From Eledone cirrhosa (Eukaryota): a DNA stretch of 64,000 bases. Made by a program: the position numbers and the translations under genes. Below, in pieces: positions 55,595 through 64,000 of the stretch (its first letter is position 1; each line of letters starts with the position of its first letter). The stretch is taken from contig OZ024741.1 of NCBI GenBank assembly GCA_964016885.1, forward strand, positions 78,926,001 through 78,990,000, read 5' to 3'. The notes under the pieces are model-generated. The model saw only the letters and a list, made by a program, of their open reading frames with translations, had not been told where the DNA came from and ran no database searches.

Positions 55595-58309
55595 GGCACT
55601 TAGGAGTGGCAATGTAGCCAGCGTGCTAGCGACGAGAACGGCCTTGGACCAGTTCTTAGACGCAAAGAATGAAGGCTGCGTTGTCAGAAGCAAAATACGT
55701 GCTCTGGGAAACGAGGGAGCCAAAGCTGTTAGCTGGGCCCGAATGACAGAGGCGAAAAGTGGCAATAAGTCCACGATTCGGTCTTTGAAGGACCAAAACG
55801 GACGCGTGATACGTGAGCCGAAGCAAATATGCGCGGCCATTCAGCGGCATTTTCCTCAACTGTTCGGGCAGGGCGGCGCGCCGGGAGGGGCTATGGATAT
55901 CGGTCCATACCTCGACGGCTTACCGCGACTCTCGGACAGCGAGGCGAAGTTCTGCAAAAGGCCGATTTCAGCCGCTGAGATAGGGGACGTACTGAGCCAA
56001 TGCGGCAAACGCAAATCTCCAGGTCTCGACGGTCTACCCTACGAATTTTACGTAGCAATGCCGGACTTGTTCTCCGGTATCCTGTAAGCGGTCTACTGCA
56101 ACTGGCAGCAGAACGGGAGAATTCCCAGTTCTGTGACCAAGGGCGTAATCACGTTAGTCAGGAAGGACGAGAATAAGGGGGATGACATATACAACTTCCG
56201 ACCCATAACTCTGCTCAACACAGAGTTACAGATTTTGGCCAAGGTGTTGGCAAAGGGGCTGGCGCTTGTCGTCGAAAACCTGGTGGGAGAAGCGCAGACA
56301 TGCGAAATCCCGACCAGGTCCTTACACGACAAGCTCCACCTCATGCAATACATCATAGAGAGGGTAGGGTGTAAACCCGGCTTTGGTGGGGCCCTGGTCA
56401 ATTTGGATCAGTCTAGGCTTTCGATAGGGTTGACCATCGTTACCTGGATGCAGTGCTCGAGGCAGCAGGCTTCGGACGCGTGTTTAGAGGCTGGATTGCT
56501 GCAATACACAGCAGCAACATCTACTCAAGGGTCAAGGTGAACGGCTACCTCTCGGAGCCGTTCCACATCACGCGATCCATCCGACAGGATGCCCTCTCTC
56601 CTCCCTTCTGTACGTACTGACCCTCGAGCCACTACTGCGGAAGTTGGGGCTATTGCAGGGCATCCCTTTGGAACCAGGACTGCGAAAGCGACGTCGGCCT
56701 ACGCCGACGATGTGACAGTAATGGTGTGGAGCACCTCGCAAATCGGGGAGTTCGGCACCTTACTGGAGGAATACGAAAGGTTCACAGGAGTGAAGCTGAA
56801 CCGGGACAAATCCGTCGGTTTGCGACTCGGAACGTGGAGAGGCAAACCGATGACTTCCGATGGCGTCGTCGGACGCTGGACGGAAGAACCAGTAAAGCTG
56901 CTCGGGGTCTGGTTTGGTCCGGACCTCCAGGTGGAGAAGAACTGGAACGAGGTGACGACCAAGGTGTTTGCGCTCACCCAGAAGTGAGCCGAGTGCAAAC
57001 TATCCTTGAAAGGTCGAGCGGAAGTGGCGAACACTTTTATAGCGTCCGTCATCTACTACTGCTTGACCGTCGTGCCTTGTCCAGCCAAAACGCTCACCAA
57101 AATGGAGCGCGCGCTCTTCCAATTCCTTTGAAAGAAGCGGGCTCCTTTGGTGAGAAGATCCATCTGCTGCCAACACCCTTCAAACGGAGGGCTGGGGTTG
57201 CCGTGGCTGACGATGGGCAAACACGCGCTCAGGCTGCGGCACCTCCACGTATTCCTCACCAGACAACCGGTGTGGGCCCCGTTCGTGAGGCGAGCCTTCC
57301 CACGACTCGTCTCGCTGACCGACATGCAGTCCTGGGTCAAGCAAAGACCGAGGAAAATGGGCGACTGGCACATCGAATGTGCTCAGGCGCTCGCAGTCCT
57401 CTGGCAAACGGACCCGGCGATCAGTGGAGACTCCACTTCGACATTCTATAGAGGATTGGTCCGCAGTAAGTGCGACGACACGCTCGGAGAAACTCTAGGC
57501 GTAGAGGAGGACGAACTGGCCAGTCTGTTCGGTAGGACCTTCCGCCCGGGACCAATGGACAACTTCCAAAAGTCTCTGGCATGGTAGTGATACAGAGGAG
57601 CTCTACCAGTTCGAGATAAGCTCTACAGATACGGGTGCCCGGGTAGGGACTCTTCGAAAAAGATCTGTCCGAGATGCGTGCGCGACGAGGAAACCGTCGC
57701 GCACACATTTGTACACTGCCCGGGCGTTACCGACCTGTGGAGCTATGTAGAACGACTATTGTCGCGGGTAGGACCAATCCAGTTGACCACCGAGTCCATT
57801 GTCATGATCGAACCGCCATCCTCCTTCAAAAACGAGGGAGAGGCGGTTTTCCTATGTGTTATGGCTATGGTGAAAGAGGTTATATGGTGGACGAGGTTAA
57901 AAGGGCTGAGGTCAGACACCTTTCTCTCCGGCGATCAACTGATTCGTTTTTTCAAATATCATTTTCGAAGAAGAATTAGGATGGAGAAAGAGGTGCTGTA
58001 CCCCAGTAAATTTTATAAAAGGTGGGTGAATGTGGCAAAGATGGCCCGAGTGGTTGGGCGATCTATATAAGCCTGTAGGTTGAGGAAAAAGAGGAAGAGA
58101 GGAAGGGAGTACTCACTCTTGGTGCTCCTGGAGATGAGGGTTGTACATTTTTTCGAGGTGTGTACAACCCCTGTGTAACGCCCCCCCCCTATTGGGGATA
58201 TCAATTGTTATTTGTTATTTTATTAATAGTTTTATTTTCATATACCTGTATGTAAACTCTCCATTTGTATTTGTCCCCTTCTTTTGTGCCCTTGTGGCTA
58301 ATAAAGAAA
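55595..58309 (+). mobile_element. 5'-truncated L1/Tx1 LINE flanked by (TCTA)n, tandem to the previous copy
   Basis: KSPGLDGLP, NFRPITLLNTE, YADD, CPRC..EETVAH..C; TCTA repeats at 55557-55594 and 58311-58450. Confidence 0.92.
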
Positions 58310-58321
58310 TTTATCTATCTC

Positions 58322-58354
<33 letters not shown>

Positions 58355-58479
58355 TTATCTAGCTATCTATTTACCTATCTATCTATTTATCTATCTATTC
58401 ATCTATCTATTTATTTATCTATCATTGTATCTATTTACCTATCTACCCATCTTTCTTTCTCTCTATCGATGTCAGCTGG

Positions 58480-60270
58480 AGAAGGCTTTCAAAGAATGTA
58501 AGGTGCGGGTCAGCGCGAACTCAGAGCAGTAAAATATTCATTGTGGCGCGATAAAGCGCATCACTACACAAGCTTCAACAGAACGACGAGATGCTAAATC
58601 ATTATAGCAAGAATTGTGCACAGTATATGGCCTACTCACCACAATCTTTGTCCCACTGCAGTCAAATAATGGAAACGAAGTGTTGCGTAAGCCTGATGAA
58701 ATCAAGACACATTGGCTCGAATACTATAACGACCTCATACACCAGACATCTCTCGTTAATCCCAACGTGATTAAGACCATGGAACTGGCTCCCGTCATTA
58801 ATAAGCTTGAGGACCCTCCCATACTGGAAGAGGTTAAGACTAAAGTGAAACACATGGATACTTGTAAAGCTGGGAAAGCTTGTATAGTGACTGAAATAAT
58901 GCAATAAGGTGGTGGTCCTAAATAAACGATCTGCTGCATAACATATACCACCAGGTGTGGTTGAAGGATGCAGTCCTACCCACAGGACTGGAAGGATGCC
59001 ATTCTTGTCTCACTTTTCAAGACGGAACCTAATGATGTATGTGACAACTACTCTAGTAAAATATTTGCCAGGATTCTTCGTAATCGTCTGCTGATGCACG
59101 TTGTATCTAACATTTTGCTGGAATATCAGTGCGGTTTCCGACCATATCGGGGCACTGCAGAAATGCGCGATAGTAGCAATAGCTTTATTGATCTCACGAA
59201 GGCCTTTGACACGGTCACTAGGCAGTCCCTTTGGCAGTCTCTTCGGAGTATCTTGAAGCTTGGTTGCCCTGAGAAGTTTACAAGGCTTTTACGTTCATTG
59301 TACGATGACATCGAAGCAAACGTTTGCGTCAATGGTCAGCTCCTAGAACCTTTCTCGGTTGAGACAAGCGTGAAAAAGGGGTGATCTTCTCACTCTGCCT
59401 TTGTTTACCATCTTCTTTGCAGTTGTTTTGTTGAAAGCATTCACCAACACCAATGTTGGCGTATATATATACAATATAAAACAATAGGGAGGCTCTTTGC
59501 GTAATGCAGACGACTCTTATTAGCCATACGGAAGAAATTCTTCAACTTCGGATAGATTATTTCTCGGCAGCGCATGACGAATTTTGGATGACAATCAGCC
59601 TAAAAAAGACAGTGGGGATGTACCTCCTGGAAAGCCATATAGTCCATCATCCATATCTGTCAAAGAGAAAATACTGAAGGTTGTGGATAACCTCGTCTAC
59701 CTGGGTAGTATTCTCTTCAGAAGCAGTAAGCTATCGGCTGTCTGAAGCTTCCGATGCTTTGGTAAGCTGGAGAAGCGCCTGTGGTCACAGTCAGATATCA
59801 GTGGGCGCACGAATGTTGAAGTGTATCAAGTATGTGTGCTTACTGCCTTGCTGTATGGGTGTGAGAATGGACAACATATGGCGGGCATATCCAGCGCCTC
59901 GAACGTTTCCACCAACAATACTTTCGCTGCACCATAAAGATCTCATGGAGGTCTCACACACTAATATGCTGTAGCGGGCCTATCTACCAAGCATTGAGTC
60001 CATTGAGACTATAATCATAAAAAGTGTCTAGCTTGGTCAGATCTCATAATTCGTCTAGTATTGTATGGAGAACTGTTGCAAGGCAAACGCCTGTACTGCA
60101 AGTCAACAAGTGTTTTAAACACTGCTTGAAAGATGCCCTGAAGAAGGTCAACATCCACTGAAACATGGAAATATCTTACAACAGACAGGGCCCAGTGGCC
60201 AAATCTGATTGCTAACGGTGTTAAGGAATTCGTAAAGATGTGGCCGCACTCGTAGCACGAATTGGTATCA
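58480..60270 (+). pseudogene. Decayed RTE-BovB-type LINE
   Basis: PQDWKDAILVSLFK, QCGFRPYRGT, FIDLTKAFDTV, GCPEKF, YLGSI, LYGEL. Confidence 0.85.
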
Positions 60271-60544
60271 GCTATGTATGTATGTATGTATGCTACTGGT
60301 AACATGTATCCCAGTACAATCTGTCCCATGGTCGGGTCGTTGGCGACTAAACTGGCAACCCTACCAAGGTTTCTTGGTGAGGAGGGTGATTTTTGACATC
60401 CTGCAGGACTAAAAACAAAACCTGTCAAAGAGCAAAGGAGCTCTTAAGAGTCAATGGCCATCCAAAATCACCGGGAGAGATGACCCCTTAGCCTTTGTCA
60501 AGGCAGCATTCTAGGAGAAGGAAAACTCTGATATAACACCTGCA

Positions 60545-61410
60545 ACACCTGATGGTATCCAATGATGTTGACTTGTTCTTCTTTTTGGTAAATATCATCT
60601 TGGTTAAGAGAGTGGGACTGGCTTTGTGCAGTGCCTTTGCTCACTATAAAATCTTCACGGCACAGGCATTGCTTTATATCTGGAGATCTCTCTGCACTTG
60701 TCGTCACATGGTACCATGTGCCCAGCACTATGTGTCAATAATTGTCACAAGTGTAATGTGTTTATTATCGGGGATATCTTTTTTACGAACTGCATTGTAC
60801 AGTGTTTTGGCCACTACATCATGCCTCATAGGTAGATAGTACCGCGATGACATCTTTGGACAGTTGCTGATGACATGGGGGATATCCTCGATGTTAGTTC
60901 TGCAGTCTGCACTTGTTATCACATCTAGGTGTTTTGCCTGCATCCCTATCTCTTTTGTGAATCAGGTATTTCGTGCTAATCTCCTGTTCCTGGATTGCAA
61001 AAGCGTATCCTTCAAAGTGGGAGCCAATATAGCGGTTGTTGGTCCAAGATAGACTACTTTCCTTATCTATATTACTCTCACTCTGGAGCTTTCTGGCAAC
61101 ATATCCATGCATGATTTTTTGATGATAGGCACGCAGTTTTTCATCCATGGATTCACTGCGATACTGCTGAGCGACTTCCCTGGGTGTGAGTTTTTGATTA
61201 TCACACAGGGAATATCTCTCATGGAGTTCCTTCCCAACTTTCATGATCTTATCTGTTTCATGCAGATAGACTTGCTCGAGAAACGGGCTTCTACGCTTCG
61301 AGGTTCGTAGATGTTGTCGGAGAGATATGATGCGACATTCAAATTGTCACGAGTGTAGTGTTTGTACCAGAGTTTTCAAGTCGCTGGCTGGATTAAAAAG
61401 TCACACTCGT
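60545..61410 (-). pseudogene. Decayed R4-like RLE LINE fragment
   Basis: FEGYAFAIQEQEISTKYL, CDNKCR..., EDIPHVISNCPKMSSRYYLPMRHDVVAK. Confidence 0.75.
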
Positions 61411-61792
61411 TCAGCGCATCGGTAGGGGTTCTCCTACATGGATATAAAGTAGTGGCCGTACTCGAAAACGAGTTGGCAGCCACCATGTATTCATGTATGT
61501 ATGTATGTATGAGCCCGTGTGTGTGTGTGTGCGCGCATTTACTTATATCCTGCACCTTGCTTGACATAAATTGCGGCCATGGCAGTATCGGTAGAGCATC
61601 GGACCATGCGTTGTAGTATAGAGTTACGGCCCTTTACGTTCTGATTTTTTGATGATTACGGGGTCGATGTAATACAGCACCAGTAAGCACTGGGATCGAT
61701 TTAATCGATTTTCCCCTTGCCCCAAAATGCTGGCCTTGTGCCTGAATTAGAAATCGTTATGATATCCTTCTATAGGCATATTATATAGATAT

Positions 61793-61839
61793 CTACATTT
61801 TGATGAGGAAACAATAGTCTCTGAAACGTGTAAAGGTGG
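61793..61839 (+). ncRNA. Decayed hammerhead-like motif
   Basis: CUACAUU-UUGAUGA-GGAAAC(AAUA)GUCUCU-GAAAC-GU-GUA-AAGGUGG; C3 mutated. Confidence 0.45.
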
Positions 61840-62314
61840 TCTCTTCTGTGTACAGCGGAAATAATGGAATATATTTATACTTTATTCTCTTCACACTGAG
61901 GTTTCTAATTCAGAGATTGTAATTATATCTACATCTTAAATTTTCTAATATATGCTGTATTTTAGCATACATATTTATTATATAAGTCATCAGTTTCCAA
62001 ACGTCATAAGAGTATATTGTCAATTTCAGAAATATTCGATTCTCTTCTTGACATATATATAGCGACCGTGATAAATCCGCCAATAGGCATAATCATGAGG
62101 TGACATTAACCTCCGAAATGCGCAATGACATTCTCTTGTATTATTCTATGTACAGCAGGATTAGTAAAAAGTATTTATGTATCATTCTTTTCACAGTAAG
62201 TCTTTAATTAAAAAAATGTAATTATATTTGCATTAGATTTACTTTAAATTCTCTAATATATGTTATATCTCTCTTTCTCGTCCTCGTTCGCCCCCCCCCT
62301 CTTTGTATACATGG

Positions 62315-62355
<41 letters not shown>

Positions 62356-63434
62356 CACACACACATATATATATATATTGATATATATATTGATAAGTCT
62401 CGGGATGAAAATTTGAACAAATGCGAAGAACATTCTGTTATTCTCTTTGTATACTGAAAATATAAGAGATTCCTTATACATACTCCAAGGTTAATTGTGT
62501 TTGATATAAATAACATTTGATTATATCTTTCATTGTGGGCGGAATAGTAAGGGTAATTGTCTCTTGATAAACGGCCAGTTGTTCGTAAAACACATATCTG
62601 TTGGGGTCTAACATATCTTGAATTTTGCTACGAAATATTGCAGTTACATAAACCGTATTCTCTCAGCAAGCAAGGATGTCACAATTCTGTAATTAATTTT
62701 GAATCAGTGGTATTCCAGACATGCGTTGACGATCGTAGTATACAGTTACTGATGTACGATAACAGAATTAACACCCGAATGAATCACCGACGGGGAAACC
62801 ATCTTTATCCCAAAGACTAAAATAAAACAAACAAACGATACTTTACTACATACCCATAACCTGCCTTCTAACTGTAAATATATCGCAGAGGAGGATTGCT
62901 TCATAAAAATAAACTAGATCTAGAACAAAGGTTCTCAATGGGGTGCATATGCCCACCCGGGGCGCGTTTCTGAGCTCCAGGGAGGCGTTTGGGAGCAAGG
63001 GGGCGTTAGGGGGAGGGACGTTTGAAGCTTTGTGGGGCGCTGGAAGCCCCTTTAATTTTTTAGTTTGGTAAGTTTTATAACTCATATTTGTGGGTGTATA
63101 CATATACATACATACGAACATACACACACATGCATACGTACATACATATATACATACATACATTCATGATGATGGCTGCCCCCTCGTTATCGAGTATGGC
63201 CATTGCACGTGAAAAAAAAATGAATAAAATAAAAATATATATATATACATATATATACACACACATACATACATATATATATATACACATATATACATAC
63301 ACATATATTAATAACAATAATAATAATGATAATAATAACAACAATAATAATAACGACAACAACAACAATAATAATATACAAATATATACACACACACGCA
63401 CACACATAAACATATCTATACACACACACACACG

Positions 63435-64000
63435 ATAGCAACTCACAGCGCTGCGATCGAATGTGGATTTTTAGCCCAGCCAATGATCTAAAATGTCTTG
63501 CACAGAGTCGGCAACCAAAACATTCACTGGGAATAGCCGGCTCTGGTTGGAGTTCATGTACTATTGCATGTCGCTTGAGCCCTCCTGCTGATTTACATTC
63601 TCTACCACATGCTTTGCAAGCATGATGAGTAGTATCTCCAACAGCAGCCTGGTAGTCAACCACTGGTCTTACTTTATGACTGCGAAGATGACTTTCGAGT
63701 CCAGCTTTGCTTAGGCAGAGTCTCTCACAGACGCTGCATGTCAGCACCATAGGAGGACCCTCGCCGTCTGGAAATGCAACAGCAATGCCCTTCCTCACAT
63801 CCCGCTTTACTTTCTCGTATGCGATTCGAGATGCCTCAAAGGCAACTTTTCCCTCATATTCAGTCTTTCTCCATTTATTACGATCAGCGGCAATATTTCC
63901 CATGTATCAGCAGAGATGTAAGCGTCTTTCAAAGAGGCTTTCAAGGAATCCTTATACCTCTTTTTTGGTTTATTTGGCGGTCGTTTTCCTTTAACTAACT
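63435..64000 (-). mobile_element. RTE-BovB-type LINE 3' end with three C2H2-like zinc fingers (runs off window)
   Basis: AADRNKWRK..G...FE; CSVC..GLESHLRSH, CKAC..GLKRHAIVH, CRLC..GLKIHIRS. Confidence 0.75.

Noticed and set aside
62560-62830. Possible minus-strand host terminal exon after a strong acceptor (ttgttttattttag at 62817)
   Set aside because: Only short frames (LWDKDGFPVGDSFGC*) with no recognisable homology; needs RNA-seq.

Overview
AT-rich, microsatellite-laden eukaryotic DNA made almost entirely of transposable-element material. The tRNA-type SINE family and repeat landscape suggest an octopod cephalopod (inference). No host protein-coding gene could be supported. Recognisable elements are four L1/Tx1-clade LINEs in two head-to-tail pairs sitting in microsatellites, two R4/Dong-type restriction-like-endonuclease LINE fragments, several RTE fragments, Penelope-like element (PLE) RT/GIY-YIG remnants, mariner and Merlin remnants, non-autonomous Helitrons, MITEs and SINEs. 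The stand-out signal is non-coding. A ~5.8-copy tandem array of a 422-bp unit (8746-11194) carries one type I hammerhead ribozyme (HHR) per unit inside a heavily base-paired monomer, and a diverged copy at ~22.4-23.1 kb shows compensatory base changes. This is a candidate retrozyme (self-cleaving circular-RNA retroelement). A second ORF-less family with a 545-bp unit (4286-5411) begins exactly at its HHR cleavage site. In total I read about 18 intact or decayed HHR motifs by eye, including U3-A8 and U10.1-U11.1 core variants. All RNA folds were done by eye and are untested.
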